A program made the position numbers and the translations under genes. This document shows positions 27,327-35,695 of a stretch of 64,000 bases of DNA, piece by piece (the stretch's first letter is position 1; each line of letters opens with the position of its first letter). The stretch covers positions 89,127 through 153,126 of IMG/VR virus record IMGVR_UViG_3300042698_000029. The stretch is one strand, 5' to 3'. The notes beneath the pieces are model-generated. The model was not told the DNA's origin and made no database searches. It was given only the letters and a program-made list of their open reading frames with translations. This DNA is from a virus.

Positions 27327-28252
27327 GCATCATCACCCTGGTCAGCAAGGACAACGGGGTCGGTCTCAGCGCGGACATGGTCCTCCTGGAGAAGTTCTTC
27401 GCAGGAGAAGGCCACACTGTACGCCGGGCCGACTGGGAAGCCCCGTTCATCGAACCGTGCGATCTGATCGTCTTCCTGGAACTGTTCGGATCCCAGCTCC
27501 TGCCCTATGCCCGCCGGTCTGTCTTCGTGCCCAACCTGGAGTGGATGATTCCCACCTGGATCCCCGAACTACGGGGCGTCACCCAGATGTGGGCCAAGTC
27601 GATCGCCGCGTACAAGGTCTTGCGGGGCCTGCGCATGCCTGCCGAATACACCGGCTTCCTCACGCGCGACCGGTACGACCGAACGGTAGAACGGACCAAC
27701 ACCTGCCTACACCTCAAAGGCAGGTCCAGCGCCAAGAACACCGACGCCGTGATCGAGGCCTGGCAGCGGTTCGGGACCTACTTGCCCCCTCTGACGATCA
27801 TCGCCAACGACCCCATCAATCACAGCCTGCCGGACAACGTCACCGTCCTCGGCCGACTCAGCGACGCCGAGGTCAGCCACCACCTGAACACCCACCGCAT
27901 CCACGTCTGCCCTTCCAGGGTCGAAGGATGGGGGCACTACATCACGGAGGCCCTGACCTGCCGGGGCATCGTGGTCACCACCAGTGAATCGCCCATGGTC
28001 GAACATGTCACCCCGCAGTGGGGCTTCATCGTGGAGCCTTACGGCGTACAGCTCCTGCCGGGCACGTTCGTCAACGAAGTGGGCATCAGCGCGGAGAAGC
28101 TCGCCGCCTGTGTCATGGAGGCCGCGATCCTGTCCCCGGAACGGACGACGGAGATGGGCCGCATGGCCCGCTCCCACGCCCTGCGCCGCAACGGTGAGTT
28201 CTCCGCCACGGTCCGCACCCTGCTGGGCGACCTGCTGAAGGAGGACACGTGA
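27323..28252 (+). CDS. GT-B (GT4-like) glycosyltransferase
   Basis: HVCPSRVEGWGHYITEALTCRGIVVTT (EX7E) motif. Confidence 0.85.
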   Translation: MSIITLVSKDNGVGLSADMVLLEKFFAGEGHTVRRADWEAPFIEPCDLIVFLELFGSQLLPYARRSVFVPNLEWMIPTWIPELRGVTQMWAKSIAAYKVLRGLRMPAEYTGFLTRDRYDRTVERTNTCLHLKGRSSAKNTDAVIEAWQRFGTYLPPLTIIANDPINHSLPDNVTVLGRLSDAEVSHHLNTHRIHVCPSRVEGWGHYITEALTCRGIVVTTSESPMVEHVTPQWGFIVEPYGVQLLPGTFVNEVGISAEKLAACVMEAAILSPERTTEMGRMARSHALRRNGEFSATVRTLLGDLLKEDT

Positions 28253-29163
28253 AGCACCTGGTCAACGTCATCGCCTGGCGCAGGCCGGACTTCTTCGCCG
28301 CCACCCTCGAACGTCTGCGCATGGCCGACCGGCCGGACGTGCGCTACCGGATCTGCATCGACCACGAACCCGATTACTACGTTCCGCCCCTGGCCCAGAC
28401 CTTCCGCTTCGACCTCGGAACGGACCGCGTCGACCTCATCTACCGAGGCTGGTGCAAGAACCAGGGCCCGACTCGGAACATCGTGGCCGCCCTGCACGAG
28501 AGTCTCCTGCGCGAGCCGGACGACGACACCCTGATCCACTGGATCGAAGACGACATCTTCGTCCACCGGGAGTACTTCCTGTTCCACGAAAGCGCTCACG
28601 AACTCGTGCCGGACGCCTTCTCCGTAACGGCTTGCAACCCCAATGGCTTCCCCCGTACCCACCCGGACCTGTTCCACAAGGTCTCATGGTGGCCTGGCAG
28701 TCCCACCGTCGGGGTGAGCTTCCGCCCGGACACGGTGCGCCTGATCACGAGCCTGCTTCCGGTGTCCTACATGGACGACCCGGTCGGCCACCTCCGCCGG
28801 ACCTTCCCCCACCATGGATGCCCGCCGGACCAGTGGTCAGGAATCGACGGAGCCCTCGGCAGGGTTATGGCCACCACCGACCGACGGCCGATCTACCCCT
28901 TCGTGGGCCGGGCCTATCACGCGGGCTTCGTCGGGGCACCGTGCGAGAACGAGGCCTGCAACAACGAGAACACCCGGGACGGCATCAACAACGGGCCGCA
29001 CCGCCACGGAACCCCGGTACCCGGGCAGACCCTCCAGGAGCGGCGCGACTACCTGCTGTCCCTGGACGCCGACGGGCTCAACAGCCACGCCACCACCATC
29101 GGGGACCACGTCTGGTACGACCTCGACATTTCCTACGGTCCTGCTCTGGAGCTGACGACGTGA
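28249..29163 (+). CDS. GT-A fold glycosyltransferase (paralog 2)
   Basis: AWRRPDFF, WIEDDI, GVSFR, IDG and RAYHAG motifs. Confidence 0.8.
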   Translation: MKHLVNVIAWRRPDFFAATLERLRMADRPDVRYRICIDHEPDYYVPPLAQTFRFDLGTDRVDLIYRGWCKNQGPTRNIVAALHESLLREPDDDTLIHWIEDDIFVHREYFLFHESAHELVPDAFSVTACNPNGFPRTHPDLFHKVSWWPGSPTVGVSFRPDTVRLITSLLPVSYMDDPVGHLRRTFPHHGCPPDQWSGIDGALGRVMATTDRRPIYPFVGRAYHAGFVGAPCENEACNNENTRDGINNGPHRHGTPVPGQTLQERRDYLLSLDADGLNSHATTIGDHVWYDLDISYGPALELTT

Positions 29164-29717
29164 CAACCATGCATCAACTGATTTCCGACTCCCTGGCAGA
29201 GCTGCGCCGCCGCACCGGCTGGGGCCCCCTCCACATTCTGGAGACCGGCACCATCCGTAACTCTGACGAGGAATACCGCACCGGCGACGGATGGTCCACG
29301 CTGGCTTTTGCCGAGGACATCGCCGTCCACGGAGGGACACTGACCTCCGTGGACCTTGACACCACCCACGCGGAGAAAGTTCTCGAAGACCAGGGCCAGA
29401 TGGAGCAGGTCAACCTGCTCACCGGCTACAGCATCGACGTGCTGGGGCGGATGCTGGCCAAGAAGCAGCGCTATGACGTGATCTTCCTCGACTCGGACAA
29501 CGACTCCCAGCTGATCCTGCACGAACTGATGCTGGCCCGCCTCATGGCCCGGAGGGGAGCGCTCCTCATGCTGGACGACATCGACCTGGAAGGCCGGTCC
29601 GACGCCGTGAAGGGCCTCAGGGCCATCCCGTACCTGGAGGCGGCCGGGATCGAGTACAAGATCCTGACCCGCGACGGGGGCACCCACCGCACCGGCTTCT
29701 GCGTGGCGTGGCTGTGA
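29160..29717 (+). CDS. class I SAM-dependent methyltransferase (Methyltransf_24-like)
   Basis: ILETGT, LTSVDLD, YDVIFLDS and LLMLDD motifs. GTGA coupling. Confidence 0.8.
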   Translation: MTTMHQLISDSLAELRRRTGWGPLHILETGTIRNSDEEYRTGDGWSTLAFAEDIAVHGGTLTSVDLDTTHAEKVLEDQGQMEQVNLLTGYSIDVLGRMLAKKQRYDVIFLDSDNDSQLILHELMLARLMARRGALLMLDDIDLEGRSDAVKGLRAIPYLEAAGIEYKILTRDGGTHRTGFCVAWL

Positions 29718-30571
29718 TCAACTCCATGGTTGTCGTTCCGGCCTGGCGCAAGCCGGACTTCCTGGCGGCCACCCTGCACCGGCTCGCCTTGGCCGAGGAC
29801 TCCTGCGAGGAGAAGGTCGGCTACATCGTCTGCGTGGACCGCCACCCGCACCCCGACGTCCTGGAGGTGGCCTGGCAGTTCCGGGATGACCGCAGACCGG
29901 GCCTGGTCGTCGTCAAGAAGCGGATCCACGAATACCACGGCAACAGCTTCAACGTCCTGACCGGGCTGATCGACGCTCTCAAGATGCCCGGCGCCGATCT
30001 GATCCACCTGGTCGAGGACGATGTTTTCGCTGGCGTGGACTATTTCACCTACCACCGCGCGGCGCACGAGCTGATGCCGGAGGCGTTCGCGGTTTCCGCG
30101 TGCCGTAACCAGAACGACCCGGAGCGGCACTCCGACAAGCCGTACATTCTGCGCGCCCACGCCAGCTATCAGTCCCTTGGTGTGTCTTTCCAGCGCAAGA
30201 TCCTCTACAGGCTCGCCTCGTATGCGCAGGAAGGGTATTTCCGCGATCCGGTGGGCTTCTGCCAGGCAGTGTTCCCCGACTCGCGGATCCCCGCCCCGCA
30301 CGCGGAACAGGACGGACTGTTGAACCGGATTCGGGAGTCCCACGGGCTGAAGACGGTCTACCCGGACGTGCCGCGCGCCTATCATGCGGGGTTCGTCGGG
30401 TACCACCGTGCAGGAGATCCGCTGACGGAGGGAACTGCGGCGGAGCGCGGTCTCCAGTTGCTGGCCATGGATGCCGAGGAGCTGAACCGGCGCGCGGAGG
30501 GTCCGTGGAAGGACCACGAGACCATCGACCTGGACGAGGTCCGCAAGGGACCGGAGAGAGTGATTTTGTGA
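29714..30571 (+). CDS. GT-A fold glycosyltransferase (paralog 3)
   Basis: VVVPAWRKPDFL, LVEDDV, GVSFQ, EQDG and RAYHAG motifs. Confidence 0.8.
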   Translation: MINSMVVVPAWRKPDFLAATLHRLALAEDSCEEKVGYIVCVDRHPHPDVLEVAWQFRDDRRPGLVVVKKRIHEYHGNSFNVLTGLIDALKMPGADLIHLVEDDVFAGVDYFTYHRAAHELMPEAFAVSACRNQNDPERHSDKPYILRAHASYQSLGVSFQRKILYRLASYAQEGYFRDPVGFCQAVFPDSRIPAPHAEQDGLLNRIRESHGLKTVYPDVPRAYHAGFVGYHRAGDPLTEGTAAERGLQLLAMDAEELNRRAEGPWKDHETIDLDEVRKGPERVIL

Positions 30572-31293
30572 GCACCGAACTCGCCGTCATCGTGCCCAGC
30601 CGCAACAGGCCGCAGGCGGTGCAGCAGCTTGCCGACGCGTTCGCCCTGAGCTGCTCTTCGTGGACCAGCCTGATCCTCGTGGTGGACGAGGACGACAAGG
30701 ACCTGGAGGAGTACCGCGAGGCCGTGGCAGCCGCTTACCCGACGTACGCCGCGATCCAGCTGCTCGTACAGGCCGAAGGCGGAAACATGATCACCGGCTG
30801 CAACGTCGGTGCCGCGCGTGCGCTGGAGATCACCTCTGGGGCGATCGGGTTCATGGGCGACGACCACCGGCCCCGGACCAGGGGCTGGGACCGTGCCTAC
30901 ATCGACACCCTCAAGGCCAAGCCGGGCATCGTCTACGGCAACGACCTGCTTCAGGGCGAGTACCTGCCCACTCAGTTCGCCGTGTCCGCAAAGATCGTGG
31001 AGAACCTCGGCTTCCTCGCCCCGCCCACTCTGGTCCACCTGTACATGGACGACTACTGGCTCCGCATGGGCCGTCTGTGTGAATGCGTCACCTACCTGCG
31101 GGACGTGGTGGTCGAGCACATGCACCCGGCGGCGGGGAAGGCGGGCTCCGACGCGGGCTACGAACGGGTCAATGCAGTAGAGATCAACCACCGGGACCGC
31201 GTCGCACTGAACGCCCACATGGACGCCTTCGTGGGTCGCGACATGGAGGCCATTCTGGGGGCCTGTGCGGCTCTCTCCGGGCCTAACTCATGA
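30568..31293 (+). CDS. GT2-family glycosyltransferase
   Basis: LAVIVPSRNRP, VVDEDD, FMGDDH, HLYMDD and VEHMHP motifs. Confidence 0.85.
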   Translation: MSTELAVIVPSRNRPQAVQQLADAFALSCSSWTSLILVVDEDDKDLEEYREAVAAAYPTYAAIQLLVQAEGGNMITGCNVGAARALEITSGAIGFMGDDHRPRTRGWDRAYIDTLKAKPGIVYGNDLLQGEYLPTQFAVSAKIVENLGFLAPPTLVHLYMDDYWLRMGRLCECVTYLRDVVVEHMHPAAGKAGSDAGYERVNAVEINHRDRVALNAHMDAFVGRDMEAILGACAALSGPNS

Positions 31294-31850
31294 AGCGGGT
31301 CCGCCTCCGCCCAGTCCATAGTGAAAACGCCCTGAAGGCCATCTACGCCCGTCCGCACGATCACCGGCCGTGGCGGGACCACCACCTACGGGTAAGCGTC
31401 ACCACCGAGATCGCCCACTGGATGGCGGGCGGCCCGGTCTACTCGGCGGCCGACCTCTCCTGCGGCAACGGAGCCATCGTGGACGCCCTGGACGTCAGCG
31501 GCCCCACGTACAAGGGCGACTTCGCTCCGGGCCACCCGCTGACGGGGCATCTGGAGGAAACCCTGCCGCAGATCCCCCGGGTCAACCTGTTCGTCCTCTC
31601 GGAGACGCTGGAGCACCTCGACAACCCAGACCGAGTCCTGGAAATGATCCGGGAGAAGGCCGACACCCTGGTCCTGTCCACGCCAGTGGACTGCTGGGAC
31701 GACAGCAACGAAGAGCACTACTGGGCCTGGTCGAGGGAAGCCGTGGAGGAGATGCTGCTGAACGCGGGCTGGGGGCCGGACGTGTATACCGCGCTGGACA
31801 TGCGGCCCAAGTTCGGTCCGTACTGCTTCGGGATCTGGGGGTGCCGCTGA
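31290..31850 (+). CDS. SAM-dependent methyltransferase
   Basis: ADLSCGNG, SETLEHLDNP and LVLSTP motifs. Confidence 0.8.
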   Translation: MKRVRLRPVHSENALKAIYARPHDHRPWRDHHLRVSVTTEIAHWMAGGPVYSAADLSCGNGAIVDALDVSGPTYKGDFAPGHPLTGHLEETLPQIPRVNLFVLSETLEHLDNPDRVLEMIREKADTLVLSTPVDCWDDSNEEHYWAWSREAVEEMLLNAGWGPDVYTALDMRPKFGPYCFGIWGCR

Positions 31851-32473
31851 TGGAATGGCGTCTGTACCCAGGTCAGGCTGTTCCGCCGGTATCCACCTTT
31901 GAGTTCCACAAGAAGAGGGAGCGCGCTCCTCACCTGGAGCAGCCAGGCCACCGTGAGAGGCTGACACGGGCGGCCCAGCTTGTACAACGGGCGGCGGCAG
32001 CCATCGACGGCAAGGTGACTGCCTCCGATCTGGGTTGCGGAGACGGCGGCCTCCTGTCTTTGCTGATGACGCCATCCACCCAGGTGGACGAGTGCTGGGG
32101 TTATGACTTCTGCCCCGCCAATGCGGCCGGGTGGGCTGAACGAGGGGTCAAGGCGACCTTTCTGGACGTCTTCAACACCCAGCGCTCCCAGGTCGCCCTC
32201 GGCGATATCACGATCATGACGGAAGTTCTGGAGCACATAGCCGACCCCCACGGGGTGCTGCGTTGGGTGGGACTGCACTCCTCCTACATCGTGGTCTCCT
32301 CTCCGGCGGTCGAGGACGACGTCTTCCACGACCCGTGGCACGCGTGGGCCTGGGACCCTCCGGGGTACCGCGACCTGGTGGAAGGGGCGCATTTCGAGGT
32401 CTTGCTGCACGAGCTGATCGTGAGCGACGTCACCCAGATCATCCTGGCCCGGAACCGGTGGGGGCGCATCTGA
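31850..32473 (+). CDS. SAM-dependent methyltransferase
   Basis: DLGCGDGG, TEVLEHIADP and IVVSSP motifs. TGATG coupling. Confidence 0.82.
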   Translation: MEWRLYPGQAVPPVSTFEFHKKRERAPHLEQPGHRERLTRAAQLVQRAAAAIDGKVTASDLGCGDGGLLSLLMTPSTQVDECWGYDFCPANAAGWAERGVKATFLDVFNTQRSQVALGDITIMTEVLEHIADPHGVLRWVGLHSSYIVVSSPAVEDDVFHDPWHAWAWDPPGYRDLVEGAHFEVLLHELIVSDVTQIILARNRWGRI

Positions 32474-32556
32474 GGGAAAACCGGGCATAGCCGGGCACGA
32501 CACCCTTAAATATCCCAGATAGCGGGAGCTGCTCTGCATACGGTGAACAGGCCGGA

Positions 32557-33474
32557 ATGACCGGATACGCCGTAAAGGAGCAGCTTGTGCTCAAGCAGGC
32601 CCTCGTCACAGGATCCAGTGGATTCGTAGGTCGTCACGTATCCGCCCGTCTCGAATCCCAGGGATACCAGGTGTCACGCTGTGACATCCTCGACGGCCTC
32701 GACGCGCACGACCTCTTCACCTACGACGACGCCACCTACGATCTCGTCATCCATGCCGCAGCCGTCGCACCCCATCGTGCCGCCATCGACGGCGTCCCGC
32801 AGAACCTCCTCCACAACGTCATCCTGGACGCCGCGATGTTCCGCTGGGCCTTGAAGACGCGGCCGCATCGCGTGATCTACCTCTCGTCCTCCGCCGCGTA
32901 CCCGGTCCCCTATCAGCGGACCCTGGACGAGGGTCAGGACCTCCACGAAGACATGCTGGATCTCGACGGGCCGCAGTTCCCCGACGCGGCATACGGCTGG
33001 ACCAAGGTCACCGGAGAGAAGATGGCCAGCGCGGCCCGTGCCGCCGGGCTGAACGTGACGGTGGTACGGCCCTTCTCCGGATACGGCGAGGACCAGGGCG
33101 AGGACTGGCCGTTCGGAGCCTTCATCCGCCGCGCCCTGCGCCGCGAGGACCCCTTCGACATCTGGGGCCCCGGGACGCAGGTCCGGGACTGGATCCACAT
33201 TGAGGACGTAGTGTCCGCGATGCTGGCGGCGGCCGACGCCGGGGCCGCCGAGCCGGTTAACCTCTGCACCGGCCGGGGCGTCTCCATGGTTGAGCTCGCC
33301 GGGCTGGTGTGCCGGACTGCGGGGTACGATCCCGATTTCCGCACCCACCCCGACAAGCCCACCGGTGTCATGTACCGAGTAGGGGATCCAGACAGGATGA
33401 AGCAGTTCCACACCCCAGAGATCACTCTGGAGGAGGGCGTAGAGCGCGCCCTGAAGGTTCCCGCGCCGTTCTAG
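32557..33474 (+). CDS. NAD-dependent epimerase/dehydratase (extended SDR)
   Basis: ALVTGSSGFVG, YLSSSAAY, YGWTK (YxxxK) and QVRDWIHIED motifs. Confidence 0.92.
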   Translation: MTGYAVKEQLVLKQALVTGSSGFVGRHVSARLESQGYQVSRCDILDGLDAHDLFTYDDATYDLVIHAAAVAPHRAAIDGVPQNLLHNVILDAAMFRWALKTRPHRVIYLSSSAAYPVPYQRTLDEGQDLHEDMLDLDGPQFPDAAYGWTKVTGEKMASAARAAGLNVTVVRPFSGYGEDQGEDWPFGAFIRRALRREDPFDIWGPGTQVRDWIHIEDVVSAMLAAADAGAAEPVNLCTGRGVSMVELAGLVCRTAGYDPDFRTHPDKPTGVMYRVGDPDRMKQFHTPEITLEEGVERALKVPAPF

Positions 33475-33731
33475 TCGCAGCCTCCGCCGCCACCGCACGA
33501 GGAGCTGCCGGAGTCGGAGCAGGACGAACTGCTGGACCCGCTGTCGTATGAGCTTCCGCAGGATCCTGTGGAGGAGTCGTATCCGCCGCTGTCCGAGGTC
33601 CAGGTGGACGTGTAGGTCACGTTCAGGAACGCGGCCATCTGCTGGTCGGTCAGGGGCTCCATCCGCAGGCGCCTGCGCCGGGCGATTTCGTCGCGCATCC
33701 GGCGGCGCTGGGACTCGGTGAGACGGGCCAT
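33471..33731 (-). CDS. small protein with a Ser/Gly/Asp/Cys-rich tail
   Basis: GAGGAGG RBS, basic N-terminus, SDSGGYDSSTGSCG...GGGGGCD tail. Confidence 0.65.
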   Translation of the reverse strand: MARLTESQRRRMRDEIARRRRLRMEPLTDQQMAAFLNVTYTSTWTSDSGGYDSSTGSCGSSYDSGSSSSSCSDSGSSSCGGGGGCD

Positions 33732-33836
33732 GACTTCCTCCTCAGAAACAGGTCCGGGCGGACCTCCTGGTTAAAGGATGTCCGCCCGAGGGAAAACCCA
33801 AAAGAGTTTTGAGGAAGTTCAGAGCTTTCTTAGAAG

Positions 33837-33909
33837 TGAATCCGGTCGGACTCGAACCGACGACACGGTGGTTAAGAGCCACCTGCTCTTCCAACTGAGC
33901 TACGGATCC
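33837..33909 (-). tRNA. tRNA-Lys(CUU)
   Basis: Full cloverleaf, anticodon arm GGTGG-CTCTTAA-CCACC, T loop TTCGAGT. Confidence 0.92.
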
Positions 33910-33948
33910 GGGCGGGGACCCCGACATCACCAGTCGAGGCCCCCTTGT

Positions 33949-34022
33949 TGAAGAGAGACGGACTCGAACCGTCATCCTTCGGCACCATAGGGCCGACGCG
34001 CTACCAATTGCGCTATCTCAAA
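33949..34022 (-). ncRNA. degenerate tRNA-like RNA (8-nt anticodon loop, only 4-bp acceptor pairing)
   Basis: Intact D arm GCGC-AATTGGTA-GCGC, stem TCGGC/GCCGA with loop CCTATGGT, T arm GACGG-TTCGAGT-CCGTC. Confidence 0.7.
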
Positions 34023-34347
34023 GGGGTTCCGTTCACGGTCCTGCACAGGCGGACGGGGTTCAGCTTCAAGAGGCATGCGCTCTGCCATTGAGCCACCCGG
34101 GATCGGAGTCCCCGGGGCCGGATTCGAACCGGCATCTCACACCAGCAGACCCATCACGGTAGATCAGGACGCCGACGGTTTGTCTGAGCCTGGAGCGAGA
34201 ACATCAGCTTCAACGGGCTTTGAGATTCCCGTGAGAACTTCAGCAATCATCTTCAGTTTTCGCCCTCAGGGCGACCCGTGCGCTCAGTCACGGGAGTCTT
34301 GGAACGGTCCCAGGAGGGGTAGGGACCGTTGTGGGGATCACCTTACC
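34023..34347 (-). ncRNA. structured ncRNA containing a circularly permuted tRNA-like module (core 34072-34143)
   Basis: Order on the minus strand is GGTGTG-AGAT, T arm GCCGG-TTCGAAT-CCGGC, CCCGGGG-A-CTCCGA-TCCCGGG, TG-GCTC-AATGGCA-GAGC-G-CATGCC. Four upstream hairpins and four TGAAG motifs. Confidence 0.75.
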
Positions 34348-35088
34348 TCATGAACCGAGAAGGTGCCGGAAGATGTTCGCGCCGACGGTGACCTGTTCCA
34401 CTTCCATGGAGTTGGCCTCCTCGCGGGCACGCTTGACGGCGTCCGACATGGCGTCGATACGGGCGACGATCTCCGCTCGGCGTTCACGGGGGAGGGCACC
34501 TGAGAACTTGGTCGTCTCCCAGTAGCCCGCGTTCTTGTCCACGGAGATGACCTCGGTCTGCGCCGGGTGCTTGTCGGTCGCCGGGTACTTCACCAGGACC
34601 GACTGCTCCTTGCGGTTGCGGACGGTCTTTACCGGAGCCGTACGGAAGCCTCCGTTTTCGGCGTCCGGGGTCCACAGCTCCGCCGGGTCGAGGACCGGTG
34701 CCTTGGAGACCACGGTCCGCAGGTCGGTGAGCTGCTTCTCCAGGAAGAGCAGGTAGGGGACCGGCAGCTCGGGCGTGATGGCCTGGCCGTCCAGCACCAC
34801 AGCGGCGCGGGCGCTCATGTTCGCGGTCTCCTTGGTGGCCACCACGTCGAAGAGCTCGGTGAGATGCTTCGCGACGTCGGCCAGCATGAACTCGACGTTC
34901 TTCTGAACCAGCGTGGACTCCGGCGGCAGCTCGTCCCCACCGTCTTCGATCGGCGTGTACTTGCGGGAGAGGCCGCTGAAAAGCGGGGCCTTCTGGAGGC
35001 CGTGGTAGATCTCGGTCACCGCGTGCGAGGTGCGGGCCTGAAGACCCTTCTGTACGGCGACGATCTGACAGAGCTTCGGTGCGGTCAC
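34348..35088 (-). CDS. conserved-looking coiled-coil protein (246 aa) embedded in the tRNA array
   Basis: GAAGGA RBS + GTG at 35088. KLCQIVAV, LPVPYLLFLEKQLTDL, ATDKHPAQ, TKFSGALP and AVKRAREEAN motifs. The upstream ORF extension is a tRNA-like sequence. Confidence 0.85.
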   Translation of the reverse strand: MTAPKLCQIVAVQKGLQARTSHAVTEIYHGLQKAPLFSGLSRKYTPIEDGGDELPPESTLVQKNVEFMLADVAKHLTELFDVVATKETANMSARAAVVLDGQAITPELPVPYLLFLEKQLTDLRTVVSKAPVLDPAELWTPDAENGGFRTAPVKTVRNRKEQSVLVKYPATDKHPAQTEVISVDKNAGYWETTKFSGALPRERRAEIVARIDAMSDAVKRAREEANSMEVEQVTVGANIFRHLLGS

Positions 35089-35119
35089 AGTCAATCCTTC
35101 GGTGAGCTTGAGTCTGAAG

Positions 35120-35238
35120 TGGGAAGAGTGGGATTCGAACCCACGATTTCCGCTGACACGCAGACGTTGCCTAGGTCGACTGCATAGACGGATCAACCGG
35201 ATTTCGTCCGGCCCCATAAGCCACTCGGGCATCTTCCC
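35120..35238 (-). ncRNA. tRNA-like RNA with a 5-nt anticodon loop and ~50-nt variable arm (Ser(CGA)-derived?)
   Basis: GGGAAGA/TCTTCCC acceptor, class II-like D arm, CCGGA-CGAAA-TCCGG, T arm GTGGG-TTCGAAT-CCCAC. 119 nt. Confidence 0.75.
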
Positions 35239-35477
35239 TAGATGGTCCAGGCCCCGAAAAAGTCTTCGGGGTAGATCAGGTCGTACCAGTCCAGCGCAGC
35301 CTGTGCGTCTTGGTGATACTTCTCGGCGCCATCCAGGATGCTATCGCTGGCCTGACAGACGGCGCCTTCCCTCCAGCTGTGGGGACACGGCGTACACCAC
35401 TGTGCTCCACAGGTGAGATGGCCTTTCACTGCTTCCTTTCTCGAAGGGCCCGTTACGTGTCCCCGGTGGATGCCCAT
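35238..35477 (-). CDS. hypothetical protein
   Basis: GAAAGGA RBS before an internal GTG (VKGHLTC), Cys motifs. Confidence 0.4.
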   Translation of the reverse strand: MGIHRGHVTGPSRKEAVKGHLTCGAQWCTPCPHSWREGAVCQASDSILDGAEKYHQDAQAALDWYDLIYPEDFFGAWTI

Positions 35478-35695
35478 ACCGGGTCTGGCGAGAGCGGGGA
35501 CTACACCCTTCTTCCAGTCTTGCCTCGACTTGCAGGCAAAGGATGCATTCCCGTTGACACTACCCCTCTTAGTGATCCAGGAAGGGTCCTCCCTTGCAGC
35601 CCCGAGAGGTGTTGCGGGGTATGCAACTCATGAGGCATTCACTCCGCCGGATCGGCACCGCACCTGCCTGCCTCTCCAGCGTTCCTCGTTACCTG

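Noticed and set aside
34072-34143. Permuted tRNA halves as an attL/attR integration scar or two adjacent broken tRNAs
   Set aside because: The halves are mutually complementary in both acceptor and anticodon stems and only 6 nt apart. No integrase or duplicated att core is seen. A tandem-duplication origin cannot be fully excluded.
35089-35232. N-terminal 48 codons of the 294-aa ORF in the track
   Set aside because: They overlap a tRNA-like structure. The real start is most likely the GTG at 35088 with a GAAGGA RBS.
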